A DNA stretch of 62,418 bases, filler included, from Sphacelaria rigidula (GCA_964200075.2; 7 parts of 7 records of this genome joined end to end with filler, not necessarily neighbours in it), one strand, 5' to 3'. Numbered from the whole stretch's first letter, positions 36,793 through 50,900 are shown. Made by a program: numbers and translations. The notes: generated by a model not told the origin, from the sequence alone.

Positions 36793-39700
36793 CCTGGAAG
36801 CTCGGTCCGCCGCTGCCGACACAGCAGGGGACACCGTACGCCGTGCGAGTGCGTTTTGTTTTGACCGGGCCGCCTTCAGATCCTTCCGCATGCCTTCGAT
36901 TTTGTCGGCAGCCGCCTTCCGGCCGACCTCAGCGGGAAGTGTACCCGCCGCCTTTGCTCGACGAAACGCCTCGTCTGCGATAGCCACCTTCGCGCGTAAA
37001 GAAGAGAGGCAACGGAGCGGGACGTTAGAGCGCGTCCCGACTTGTATGACTAGGGCTCGGCAGAGATTTTGGGTCACGCCGTAGCTTGATCAACCTTGAT
37101 ATTATATGTAGAGATACACCAACCAACGAACTAATGGATGTTTGTCAACGGCTGTGAACCTAGCCTGTGAGCCCAGCTTTCATTTGAGCGGTACTCGATC
37201 ACTTCTGTTTTCACATTCGTGGAGATTATCGCATAGATTCGGTTTTGCAAAAAAAGCAAACTTGCACGCTACTCGAGGAGCTCAAACGAACTTCATATCC
37301 ACTTCGGAGAAACGCTACACACCCCTCGTACAAGAGCGCGCTACTTGTGTCTTGAAGGGGAATGCGGAACAGATTGATTGATGATTGGTTGATTGTCGCA
37401 CTTTAACTGAACCCCCAGGGGTCCAGCCGTGGTCTCATGGTAGACGTACCACAGAGTACCGGCGAAGCGAGAGAGGAAAAAAAGAAGGCTATCACAGCCG
37501 GACGATCAGATTTCTCTCGGGCTGACCGGAAAAGGTATCGACTGGGTCAATGACGTAAGTAGGGAGTAACTCGGGTATCCATATAGATGTCTAGGAGCAT
37601 GACAACGTCAATGAGTGTGCGAGGTAAGTCGGAGGTTGTCCATGTGCATACAGTACCTTCCTTTCCTTGATCGCCACATCTCGCTCCGCACGGCGTGTAT
37701 CAGCGAGCGCCTCCTCAACGCCTCCTTCCTGCTCTTGTGTCAAGTTTTAAATGGCAACGATGACGTCGGTGGCGTTGTATCAAGACGAGTTTCAGATTCA
37801 AATTAGAGCCAGGTTGTACACTAGCGCAAGACTGTAACACCCACTGGAGTTCGCACCCGGGTGCTAAGTAAAAAACACAACCCTACCGTGCAAATTGCAC
37901 TCCGACAGAGACCAAAGGTCGGTGCGGGGCAAAGGGGGATCATCCCGTAAATTTTTCGCGCTGATCATAGATTGAGCGACTGTACTGTGCAGATCGCACG
38001 GGGGTGCAGACAAAGGAAGCGGTGTGGATCACAAGGGGCCAGGTTGTTACGATGCGTGATCGAGAAATCACTACAACAGTAGTTGTATCTGATGCTGTCG
38101 GCAGAAAGGGACGGCCGCACGAGTATGCATGTACATCGTGGACACCCCGCACATCATTGGACCCCGAAGAAGCGAGAGAGAATATACAAGCTCCGTTTAT
38201 TCGCAACGTAAACACGATACGAGAGCTGGGCGACTGGAAGCATTTTCCGACGATTTCTATGTCGATATGTCGAGTCGCTGACCACGGGTAGCCGACATGT
38301 CTCCATCAACAACAGCTACAGCATACCAAGTCGACCGGCTGACTTCGCAACAGCGATACCAAACAAGTGGAGACGTCTAATCACCTCCGCCTCGAACATT
38401 TCGGCTAAGCGTTCCTCCTCACTCGGTGCGCCCCTCTCACGCCCGGGAGCAGCCACGGCTTTCCATAGGAGCTGGCCTTGGTACTCGCACCACACGCGGC
38501 GGCAAGCGCGAACAGTCGCATCGAGAGCCCGAGTCCCTTCCTTATGTCTGCCACAGAGTCGTCAGAGACGCGATTCACAAAGTCTGCACAGTACAGATGT
38601 TGTTGGTCACACGCCCGAAATGTTGACGATGAGATGTACTGCTTTCATGGGCGAGAAGATGATTACGGATCGTCAACTCATGTTTCGCGGGACGAAGATC
38701 TGAACAGGAACAAGCCAGAGCCGATACGCGATCCCGGCAAACGCCTGCAATTTCCGGCAAGTAAGTCAACTTTCGCCACACCTGTTGATGCTGCTGTATC
38801 AGTCGACGGTTTGACAAGTCGTGCTACGATGGGCATCCGCGATTTCGGAGTACCATAGTGAGGCTGGGGCATAGGCGCATTCCACCCAGAAAGATGCCTG
38901 AACTCAATGAGTGTGTTCTTATCATCAGCCTGGTTTCACGTTGTGCGTACTCATGGACACTTTTTCAACGGTGCGATAGATGTTGACACCTTGAGCGCTA
39001 ACGTGATCCATCTTCTTGGTCAGCACAATTTTTCTTGGTTCAGAACTCCGTCGACTACATTATCCCAATCGTTTACGCTCGAAGGACGAAGCGACATTCA
39101 CCCAACCTTGTCGCGGTCGACCCGCCCCGCTTAGCATCGGAACGGCGACCATCGCCGCCACCGCGTGAAGCGTTCCCGCGGGTGAAAGACGAAATATGCG
39201 CTAAATCGCCCGCCAAGTCTGGATGTACGTCCGTTTCACCGCAGAGCATGAGGTTTGAGACGCTCGAGAGCACGGCACGCTTGTCCCGCAGATTCCACGC
39301 GCGACGCACCGCCTTTGCAAGGGTTATATCACACAATATCGCTATCTAAGTGAGACAAGTAAGCCATGAGGAGCCGTACGAGTGTACCGTGGCGGCCAGT
39401 GGTATATCCGCGAGTTGGTGCATTTTAAGGTGGCGCGGAACCGTGGTTTCTAGCAGCAGCTTGTACAGTAGGGATCACATCCAAGGTGAACGATGTGTGT
39501 GTGTGTGTATCGATTGATGGATGAAGTGTTGCATATTCACGGATCCCCTTGTAATCCAGCTATGGTCACAAGATGGACCAGCCCAAGGTCAACACAGCGA
39601 AAACACTTGCCGATGTAAGCTCGAAACAGGGGGAACATCTAGAGGGAGAACAGGGGAAACTGAAAGACGAGAAACAACAGACACCGAACACATTTTTGTC

Positions 39701-42700
39701 AGCAGCACGTCAAACCACAGGTGTGTTGGGTATGCATGCCGCATTTCATTGGTCCATTTGGTTACTTCATTCATTCGAGTGGTCCATTTGGTTGCTTGAT
39801 TCATTTGCGTGGCCCACTCATCTGGGTTGACTAGATGATGGATTGTCGCGCATTCGATGGTCTTCTACGAACCTAGTCGTGGTTTCAAGGAAACGATTTG
39901 TTGAAACAAACTCGAACAAAATACTGTAGGCAAAATTACATGCAGAGATATGCCATGAGAAGCAAAGTTTTTACCGCTACAACTTACATTGCGAAGGCGC
40001 TCTGTCGCCTCTTCTTGCGCCTCCCGCCAGCCCCCCTCGGCGCACAGCATGGGCTCCTGCGCTCGCCGCCTAAGCAGCTCCCTGGCATCGTCAAACGCAT
40101 CGCCCATCCAGGCCTGCCCCCCAGTGTGCACGACAACGTCTATCCCTCTGCTGCTTCCACCTGCGCTTGCAGGGTGCGCGCGAGACATGGCTATCCGCTC
40201 ACGCAGGACCCGCCAAAGCGACAGCTCTCCCGGCGGGAGACGGTCTGGTCGATCCTCGCTGATAGCGACTACTTGCAAACGCGGCTCAAAGCACGCGCTC
40301 GGTGTCCGAAATCTGGTGTCACAAGCGGGTATAAGGCGTAGGGAGGAGGGGAAAGGCGGGCGGGAAGGAGACCGTGCTTGAGCCATGTTCTCACATTGGG
40401 CGCTTCGGACATTCTACTCGCCTCGTGTTCATCTCCTATAGCATTTTCCCTTGAACGGTTTCATCAAAAGTACCTGATGACCATACATGAAAGCGCCCAA
40501 CATCACGGAGACGCAGGAGATGGTAAGTACTGTAGGCCTTTACCACCGCGCCCAGCACCGGATCAATTTTACGCCCCCGCCTGCGCCACGCCTTGCCGCG
40601 ATAAAGTGCCGAAAATCCGAAATCATGTACGTCACGTTCGACCCGAAAACGTTGGGCGTCCGCCGGTGGAACGAAGGGGCACTTGTGATGTTAAATGCCG
40701 CAGTGCTTACTTACGATTGCTCGACGAACCTGCCCACGCGGCTACGGGCGTCTCCCGCGCAAACCCCTCCGAAGCACGCCGTGTACGTTTTCCCGGGCCG
40801 TAGAGCTTCAAGGCAACCACTCCCGCTGTCGCCGCCTATTCGGAAGGCTCGTGGGCGTCGAGAGGGAAACTGCAGGGTTGCCGAGGCTACGACGCGGCCC
40901 CGTGGACAGGCGTCGTCAGCAAGGGAAACGTGGCACGACACGCTTGCTGTTGGCCCTAGTCCTGGGGCAATGTCCACCTCGAGGAGGATCACCTGCATGT
41001 AACGAAACCAAGTAGTTACCGTAAGGAGTAGACGAGAGAGGCGCGGGGTATTGGTTAAGTTTTTTTCTGTGCCGATGTGTGTCATTTTGGGCACGATTTA
41101 TGCACCCCGAACGTATGCGTATATCGCTCGCTGTGGAGGAAAAGTATCACGGGTCGGACGAATCAATGATTCGTCTGGAAAATTACATACTTTTAGCGGA
41201 TTTGATTCGTACCGTACGAATCAGTCCTTGATTTTTGTCTTCAGCGTTGCAACCCAGGTTCGCGTAGCCTAGGCACGCGGAATGGCGCAAAAATTGCTTG
41301 GGAACCTTTTTGACCATCCGTGGACTTTTTTCCCTCTTTCGAGCAATCAGGCCTGAAAAAATCGTGGATTTGGTGATTCGAACCGGCGATGATTCGTCCG
41401 AACCGTGGAAAGTATGACCTGGTGCTGGTGGCTTTATGAGACAGATGCGTCTCATGCGTGCATGCATAAGTCCAAGGTTTGCAAACAACTGGATGACCTG
41501 GTCGATATAAACGGTTCCCGAGCAGGTAGACGGATGCCTACCGCGACGGGTCAAATGGACTCGTGAGAGGTTGAAGACGTGAAGCTAGGCGCATGCCGTA
41601 GTTTGTTGGACGACACAAAGTGATTCTCAAGAAGACGCGCAAAAACACTATTGAGGAGCAAATTTTTACATTATTTTTTGAAGAGGAGACAAAACACGAG
41701 ACTATTTAACGTACGCAATGACTAAAGTTTCAGAAATTCGATGCGGAATACGAGAATTACATCGAGAGCCCCACAAAAATGAAGAAGGCATCACAGGATT
41801 CATTAAACAACCCGTTTCAAGAAAGAAAATAACGCTATTCTAAAAGACGCATCAAACAGCAAATACGTACCCAATCATACAGCGTAGATGTACATGAATT
41901 CTTTAAGGATATGTCTTGAATGTTCATGAGTATTCGACGTTCATTGACGTACACTGGTGGCAGTTCACCCGTTGTATAGGGTAGTATCAACATCCCCTCC
42001 CTCCGTTGCTGTGAGTTTCTTTGTGCGTTTTTGTGACGAGAAAAGGTTACTAGACGTAACGTACTACGCTGGATAGCGATGAAGATCTTTTTTATACCAT
42101 TTTTTTTCTCACATACTTTTTGCGTGTGTTCGATGCCCACGCCATCATTCTTCAGGAGAAAATCGTTTTTGAGTCGTGAAATTTCGCCTGCTCTTCCCGC
42201 GCGCTTTTTTGCGAATCCTTTGTGCCGCCTACTTGACTTTGGTGGGATTTCTGCATATATCACGGTGATCGGACCAGGACTCGAACCCGGCACCTTGTGG
42301 TCGAAACTTTCTACGATAGCCCCCTCCCCAAAAAAGTGGCTACTTTTGGGAGGCAAATTGTTCACGTAAATCGAAATTGATAAAGCCGAGCACACGGAGA
42401 AGCTGGGAATTCCCACGCTTGGGCTCGTTATCATCAATGTCGCCCATATGAGGCGATTCATGCAGCCTGAAACCAAACATCAGGCGCTGTATGGCCATGT
42501 TCTTTGTGACAGTTTTGGGCTGTTTTTTTTTGGGGGGGGGAAGGGCTATCGTAGAAAGACTCCCTCCCGAAGCAATCAGTGTCACGTCCTAGTGTCGCCA
42601 ATGTGAAGAGTTGATGGGTTCTAGCCGTACTCTTGTAGTAGTTTGCCCCTTCTCTACAGGGTTATATCCGCATGTCCTCTTGAGAAGCCACACCCCCAGT

Positions 42701-42984
42701 TCCAAGAAATCTACAGGTGAGAGCCATATCCAAACGATCGAGTCTGCGGGCAATCGATGCTACCATACTACACGGCCTACGTGAATCATTCGTCAGCCCG
42801 GTGACCTGCAACTACTAGTCTACCTCGAGAGCATCCTTACCGCTGAGTTGGACGTCACTTCCCCGATGATGGGACCAACGAGCACGCGTACGCCCGGTCT
42901 GCAGATCAGTCGGGCCCCGTAGGTGTACACATCTGCAGAGTCGGGGCACGGAAAGTGGTGTCCGTGCGCATCTTGATGCGCTTC
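36793..42984 (-). CDS. Partial gene, PhoD-like metallophosphatase-fold protein with degenerate active site (exons 42984-42841, 40992-40730, 40312-39988, 39312-39107, 38547-38385, 37728-37657, 36987-36793)
   Basis: All six introns are GT-AG and phase-compatible. Spliced product: VLVGPIIGEVTSNSA-VILLEVD...LRPGKTY...RVGR-FRTP...IDVVVHTGGQAW...LRN-AVRRAWNL...VLSSVSNLMLCGETDV...ACRRVWCEYQGQL, then an Ala/Glu/Lys/Arg helical stretch. Confidence 0.78.
42060..42302 (-). mobile_element. 5'-truncated tRNA-related sequence, probably a SINE, abutting a MITE
   Basis: Minus strand reads gaccacaaggtgccGGGTTCGAGTCCtggtccgatca (T-arm/B-box and 3' acceptor side). The 5' half is absent and the distal boundary is approximate. 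Confidence 0.5.
42303..42562. mobile_element. MITE family A copy 2
   Basis: gaaactttctacgatagcccctcccc ... gggctatcgtagaaagactc; internal sequence collinear with 2519-2766. Confidence 0.85.
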
Positions 42985-43223
42985 CTGGCGTGGTGTAGCA
43001 GAATGGGATTCCCGATGTCATCGACGCACACCGACGGAGAAGAGGCTCGCAAGTCTGAGTGCCAGCGAGTTACAATACGTGAAAAGATATATCTGCTGCG
43101 TGAAAGTATCGTGTCCGATCGACAAGGGATACCTGGCCGATCTTATATTATCAGATACCTGAATGAATGGTTGTTATTGATTATCATCGTCATCGTTAGA
43201 ATTAGTAATATTAGTAATAGTGA

Positions 43224-43266
<43 letters not shown>

Positions 43267-44558
43267 TCCGCACATGGTACTCTGAAATTGAGCATGTGTT
43301 TGCACGTGACGGGCGCTATTCTTGGCAGAAGGTCGATACGCTTGTCGTGGAATGTGACGGCACTCAACCTACTCGGAGTGTGATCGAAAAGAAAACCACG
43401 AACATAATTCGATTGGTTGACGATCGCTGCTCTATCCACTCGGATTGCTTTTTACTACATAAAAAACACCACTCAGTTATGGCCTGATATTACAATAACA
43501 GAGACTGTCAGAAAACCTGTTAGTGTTGCGGGTGCTGGTTCTTCGGTTCCACGGAAAATGCGGCTGACATGTTGCAGGTTTTTGATCCAAGCACTAGGTC
43601 GCCCCGGTGTTCAAGCTCATGTGTCAACACCCAGTTTGGGCAAAATTAGTGGCCCAAAACAGAGCCAAGAGTATATTGCTCGCGCACGTCGCAATAACAT
43701 CTAGATGTATTTGCAGGATTGAATGCCCCAGCTAAGCAGGATATTGATTGCCAGAAATGCCGAGTACTATACCAGGAGTACCTTGGTTGACGACATCCCA
43801 AAACGCACGATCCACGGATCTGGCCCTACAACGGTCCCCTCAATAAGCTTTTCCTAGCCTAGATTTCATGTCGTGAGCGCCGCACACAGTTGGAGATGTC
43901 TCTACACACATACGGTGTGTAAACTTCACTCCAACTGCCACGTGTAGCTCTCTCTCTTCCACAGCTACCGTCAAAATCTTGATGCGATCCATTGCCCTAG
44001 CGTTTTTCGGCGGCGGAGAAACACACCTCTGAGCAGCACGCGTTTCTTCGTGCTGCTGGACGCACGAGCTTTGTGAATGACCTCTGAGGATAGGAGACAA
44101 CTTCTGTATAGAGTGGCATTGTGCGTGCCTTACTGCAGCGCGGGGTATCTGCGGTGGCTCTAATCCCGTTCATTTAAGATCGTGCATGAACATCCACACA
44201 TTGAAGAAGGATACCATGCCTCTACTTGAGCAAGTATCAGTGCGAGCGCGACGTTGTGCCTTATACTATATTCGAGTCACTGACAAAAAGCCCTGCTGAA
44301 TCCAATCAGTTAAGTGGCCAATATTGCACTCAAATACTTCATGTAATATACATTGAACCTAAATATGTAGCGAATGTTGCGTTCGGATGAGTTCAGACCC
44401 AGGTACACCGGCGAATTTTCGGAGGTTTTTGAAGACGCAATGGCCCGACAGCCACGGCGAGAGGTCGAGTCTTCACAAAAGCTCTCCACATGTTCGATCG
44501 CATTTGTCGAGATCGTAAGGGCGAGGCATAGGTGCCTGTGCTGTCAGCGCGTTTGGCG

Positions 44559-44658
44559 NNNNNNNNNNNNNNNNNNNNNNNNNNNNNNNNNNNNNNNNNN
44601 NNTTAATTAATTAANNNNNNNNNNNNNNNNNNNNNNNNNNNNNNNNNNNNNNNNNNNN
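44559..44658. other. Artificial contig spacer
   Basis: N44-TTAATTAATTAA-N44. Confidence 0.97.
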
Positions 44659-44974
44659 GTTGTGGGGGGGTGGGGAGGACCGAGGTAAAATTAAAAAGGC
44701 CGGGGAGCACCCCCCCCCCCCCCCCCCCCCCCCCTTTGTTCTTGGAGGTTCTCGACAACGAGGTAAACTTGAAAAAATCGGGTAGAAATCCTTATGGTAC
44801 AGTGCTTACTTTCGCCATTGTTCACGGTACAGTATCTCGAGGTATCTCCCCTTCAATTCAAAACAGGTTAATCTTTCCCTGCCCCTCCCCCCTCAGGTCT
44901 CGCCCATAACAAGGTTTTCCTGAAATCGAGGGGATAGGACATGGCTTGTTGGTAGCGTTCCTTGTAGTGTGTAC

Positions 44975-47900
44975 CTTCTGCAGTCAGCGGAACCCCACCG
45001 GTGACCAGAGCAGCCCATCTCTCCTCCACCTGAGGTGCGTTACTGGAAATAGAAGTACGCTATTTCGGGGGTTTCATGGAAAATCATGCAGTATTACTTT
45101 GTCATCTTGGACTTTTTTTCTTCAGCTGTATGGTATGCGAATCTAGTCGTAGATCGTATGCTTTCGAAGCAACTAGAGCCATCATTCCCACCACCAGCAA
45201 TAACACGCAACCCACCATGCACCCGTTGGTGTCGTCAAGCAAACTGCCGGACTGAGAGGATGCTATCTTGAGCAAGAAGTCCCTCAGAGACTTGAGCGAA
45301 TTCTCTGGATCTGACATGAGCCTCTCCTGGAAGTCTTGTAGATCCCTCGGGGAGAGTTCACGCTGCAGCCGTCCCACCTGGCGCCGAAACATATACAAGA
45401 AACAGTACACCAGACATTTATCTTTGAATAATCCACCGTTGCTTTGTAACATTAGCGCCATGATTGGATCGCTTCGTATGTAGTGTATCATCAGTAGACC
45501 CTACGCAAAATGCTCAGAGTAACTTCGACGTTGTGGCTGGGCCCAACGTGTGGATTGGCTACCAAGGTTGAACAACCACAAGAGAGATCTCCCGACGAAG
45601 CACATAAATTTGAACATCAGCGCGATAACATGTGACCTTGTCGTGTAGCTATGGAGGATAACATGGAAGCGAAGTAACCCACTCTAACAATAAATTACTG
45701 TACGCAGTCTAACTCTCATGCATGGCATCGTTGAACCCAATGTGCTCATTGCCTGGCTGAAAATTCCAAGATTCATCATTATTTCTCCAAACGAAGATAC
45801 ATTAAATCGCTGTGCGCGTTATTTCCTGTACACCCCTCAGCGCGATCGGTACACAGTCAGTACGCGTCAAAATCTTCACTTCGGGAACCCTGTTGCGTGT
45901 CGCCCTGCAGACCAAAGCAGCGATATGAAGCTTCTACACCAGTCGCGGAACGTTTTTGCCGCCTGTTGGTGGTTAAAGGTTGGTTGACTGCGAGGCATTT
46001 TGTTTCTTTTCGGATAGACAAGGACAGACACAGTTTTGGCACATCGCAACAATCATACGCACGCACACACACGGAAATTACACCGCGAGAAAGAGGTGAG
46101 CATGTACAGCACAACAGAGGTATCCAAGGGTCTTCCAACCCAGGGCTCTCGACATATCAGCCTGCAAACATGTAACGACGCAAAGTTCAAGTCATCAGCG
46201 GGACGAACCGTTAGTCGCAGTACAGAAGAAATGTTATGTAAGTGCAGAACGCTATGGTCACATTCGGGGAGTACAGGAAACATGTGCGCGCGCGTGTGTG
46301 TGTGTTTGCGCAAACATCAACCTCGAGAGCCTTCTTTATTCCAATGGTCAAACATATACATCTGTGCACTTGTTCGGTGATGAGTGGCCGTGGCGCGCTT
46401 CCTCGCTGTCCACCGTCAAGATTAATGTCGCCAGAGATCTTGGTGGGGTTCAAAAAATGACGACTGACCCGCTCGGGGCGTCGCTCGTTGTCCCTGTCAT
46501 TACCGTTCTTTCGAGAAATCTCATCCTTGCCAGAGAACACTCGGAAACCACCCGCAGAATATCCCGCAGGTACTATTTTGGAACCTCCTTCTGAAACCCT
46601 TTCAGAGATTACTCCGAAACTACAGAATATCCCGCAGGTGCTATTATGTAACCTCCTTATGAAAACCGTCCGTATTTCTATTTACCATGACAGCATGATC
46701 GCCGTGATGGTGTCCGAGATTTCTATAGACAACACGTTGGTCCAGTCCATAGACCACACCAAGTTCCGTTCTGCGCATCCCCCGGTGAGCGTTGCTAAGA
46801 GAGGTCACTGTCGCGCTAAATTTACCCCGATAGTGCCGACTTGATAGACTTGATGACCAACGACCTCTTCGTGAAGATGTTTGCCATTTGTTCGTTCGTG
46901 GACACGTGCATCAGTTTCATCGTCCCATTTTCGATATACTCGCGTGTGCACTTCAGCGTCATGTCTACATGCTTGGTACGCTTCCTGAAACCAGCCTTTG
47001 ATGCCGCTCGATTAGCAGCCGGATTATCACAGAACCGTGGGGTTCTCATGGCGATCCCCATGTCGTGGAGGATGTCTCTCGTGACAATCGCATGACGTAC
47101 ATCGTAAAACAAACGCTGTCCATTCTGCCCCCGATGGCGATGAAGTTACTGGCATCTGTGGCTTCGAAATTCAGGCGATTTGTGATCCGTTGATGAGTAG
47201 GAGATATCCGGTGATGCTCCAGCGGTTCTCCGTGTCTTGACCTGTAAGTCGGAATTCGAGCCATGGTGTTCTCGTCCTTGGCACTTCTCCCGTTTTAAAT
47301 ACCGACGTTAAGCGTGCGCGGAAGGTAGCGGAGTATATGTTGTAACCCCCGCCAGTGTTGAATGGAGAGAGACACTACAAGCCGGCCTCGTTTTTTTCAC
47401 CAGGAACATCAGCTTCCCCGAAATTCTCGTGTAGGGGAAACGTGAACTGTCGAGTTCCTCACCATGATCTTGTCTCGTCGATATATCTATTCCCGGGTCG
47501 AGCACAGTCGAAACCTTGCGGACATCGGTGTACCTCATCCCTTCGACGACGATACTGCTAGCGTATAGTGCCTGATCAAGCTTGGTGCCTTCGTCCGGAG
47601 CATCGAAGTCTCGCTCTTTGTGCCTTTGCATCAGGTGATTAACCCTCTGCTGCATTCCCTCTTTGAAGTCCTCGACTAAAAGGATACCGTCCACACACGC
47701 CATGAACACAGCAATCCGTCCGTCTTCTACGCAGCAGTAGTTCGTGCACTCGGCATACCTGCTGCTTTTTCCATCCAACGCTAACAATAACGTTGCGTAG
47801 CTCCTTTCACATTTCAACGCCAATTGCTTGAAACCGTAGATGGCGTCAAGTACCCTCACGATGTTTCCATCCGGAAGCTCCAGCCATGCACCTTCCGAGA

Positions 47901-50900
47901 GTGGGGCATTGAAATACACTTGATTGAAGTCCAGCGCTCAAAGTTTTCACATGGCGGATTCGGCAAGGGCAGTGCCACTACATCGAAACCGATGACTGTG
48001 CTAAATGTCTTGGAAGTCTACCCCGGGACGTTGAGTGAGGCTCCCTTTGCCACGAGACGTGCCTTCTGCCGTTCGATTTCCCCGGGGTATTAAAAACAAA
48101 TAAGAAAAAAAAGCTCCTGTGTTGATCGTCCTCCTGTGTGATCCCGGCTGATGCGCCCACATATACCGAAAGGTGTAGACTGGTGCCCAGAATAAATGGG
48201 ACGACAACACACAGTAAACTGCACGACATGTACCGAGGGTGAGATGAGTGGATTCGTCAAGATTATGGACCTGTCCTGAGGGAGGGAACAGGGAGGGTGT
48301 GCGTGATAGACACATGGACCGACGGAACGAAGGAAGAAACTGACGGAATCACGGCTTGGAAGTGGGCCGCTCGTACACAAGGCAACAGCTATGGGCATTT
48401 TGTACAACCCCGATAGGCTCACAACCAGCAACCAGGTGAGGAAGGGAAGGTACTCATGTGTTGCTTGCTCTAGTCATTGACCATGCATTCCTTTCGAGAC
48501 GGACCATCGTTCCTACTGCACATAGAGACATCCCCAGCGTTGGGGCGCTCATTACGCTTCTTCAATACATCACACATAACCGCTTTTCATAGATCTCGTC
48601 CCCTTCCTGTTTCGCTGTCTGTGGCCACCATCTATCTCCTTGTGTCGCGGCCGTCTACTCGCCATCATCTAGTGTACCAAACGATTTCATGCCACCTTCG
48701 TTCACTTCGCTCATTGCCCCCTATAGCACACCCCGTTCCTCCTCGTATAGTTCACATTCTGCCGCTCTATGATTTCTACTCTTTACTGCTTTGGAGCAAT
48801 TCTGTGCTTCTACTGCCTCCTCCACCCGACCACCGGTATACCTCCATTTTGGCAGGTCCATGTCCTCCACTCGAAATCGCACTTTCAATCTTTTCGCGTA
48901 GTCCGTCGGGACGTGCAGGCATGTTTTCATCGCAATCCCCTTCCTTCACCCCTCGAACATTTCCAGGTGCTCTTCCTCGCCTCCTTTTCATATTAGCACT
49001 TGCTTCCCTCTTACTTCCATCTTGTTTTACTCTCGACTTGTACCCTCCATATTCACCTACGGACGGTGTCTCGTCTAGGTTCCCTCCCCTATCCTTCCAT
49101 ACTTTCTCGACTACGCTATCTCACACTGCTCTAGCCTGCCTTTTCGTGAGTTTCTTCCACACTGCCTAATCAACTATGGCTAGCTATTTCTTTCTTGGCA
49201 TGTCCCTTACATTATACTGTGATTTTGATGTTCTCATGTCTCTATTTCCTTCGAGTGGGTGCATTCCCAATCATGCCCTCAATGCTGTATTACTCGTCGT
49301 TTCAGAGCTTTCAAGTATTTTCTTAGCTGCTGTCATCTGTACTCTTTCCAGCTGCTTCACCAGCTTCGCGTTCCCTTCCCACACTTGTGCATATTATGGT
49401 TTCGGTACAATCACTTTAATCAGAATACACCTCTTAACCCTTTGGGAACCCTCCCCTTCCGTCCCCGGGCCAGACGCCTCATTGTTTCAAACCCTAGCAA
49501 AGAAGAAAATATGGGAACAGAAAAGACCGACGGCAACCATTTTCACGGCGGAAGACTACAGAAAAGTCCTCCAACATACACCGTGCGCGCACTAAAAATG
49601 TCACCCCGGTGCGGTCGGATTAGTTTTGTCCAGTGAGGGACGCAACGGGTCAAGTTTGTTCAAGTTTGTGCACACAGCCAAAATCAGCACTTGCGTGCCT
49701 GAAGTCTATACAAACAATAACCGGAACCACCTGTCTATTTTCTAGATACCGAGTCCCGTGCGGCACGGCACACGCACGTTTTTTACGGGTCTGAAGAACA
49801 CGGCTCGGGCTAATATTTTTGCGTGAAGGCTGTAAATACTCAATCATATGTTGAAAAAACAGAACCTCAAAATCCTCACTTTTCCATTGCCAGTACCAAA
49901 AGGGTCAATCCTAGTTTCCAGGTGCGTGTCTTTCAGTATCACGTATATCTTGCGTATTTGTGCTTTGCTCTTTCTTACTACTTCATTTATGTGTGCATCC
50001 TAAGGATAGTTTTGTCAAGTGTCTCTACGCCAAGGTATGTGCACTGGTCTACGATCGACAATTCCTCTTCTCTCAACTTCAATTGAACTCTCTCGGATTT
50101 TTCTTATCTTGGTTACATCCAAGTATACCCTAGCGCCTTCTCTATTTGCTTCTGCAATCATTTTGTTGTTTCTGAAATCCCCACGAAACCATCCGCGAAC
50201 ATCAATCCCGATACCGTATCTCCTCCCAATTTGACTCCTTGCTTTGCTGCTTCTATTGCTATAATCATGCTAACAGTTAATACTTGACTAAAGTGGGTGA
50301 TAGCGTACATCCTCGTGCAACTCCTTGTAACATATCAAGATATTTCGATGATCCCCCGCCTAGCATCATTATGCTCCTCGCACATTGTAATATTTTGTCC
50401 CATTCTCCACATCTTTCCTCTGGTCCCATCTTCCCACATCTTTTTCCACGGCCTAATTTTCCGTACTGTGCCATAGGCCTTCTGTACGTCTACAAATAAT
50501 CAGTATGTTGTCAGCCACGCGTCTTCCCTACCTTGAATAAACTCACCTGAGGTGAAAACATGGTCTACGCAGCTACGGTTTGGTCCAAACCCTACTTGCC
50601 CCTCGCTGATTTTTTCTTTTTTCTTCAGCATCGTTCGGACTCTCTCGTTCAGAGTACTGCAGAATGTTTTCCTGCGGCGCTCAGAAGTGTTATCCCTGGA
50701 TAATTTCATGGGTCAGCGTTGTATGCTTTATTGAAATGGTTTACTGCTACTACTCCCCTCCACCTCTTGGGTGTATAGTCCTTTTCCCGGACCCAAGTAT
50801 ACGCCGCATCCCACCATGGTAATCATTCCCTCTCTCCCGTATTTCATAAATCCATCAACTATTTCATCTGCCCCTGCTAGATTCCTCTCTCGTAAATTAT

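Noticed and set aside
43780-44100. Further upstream exons of the PhoD-like gene
   Set aside because: Coding-like, but no unambiguous phase-compatible splice path to 42984 was found, so it was left out of the model.
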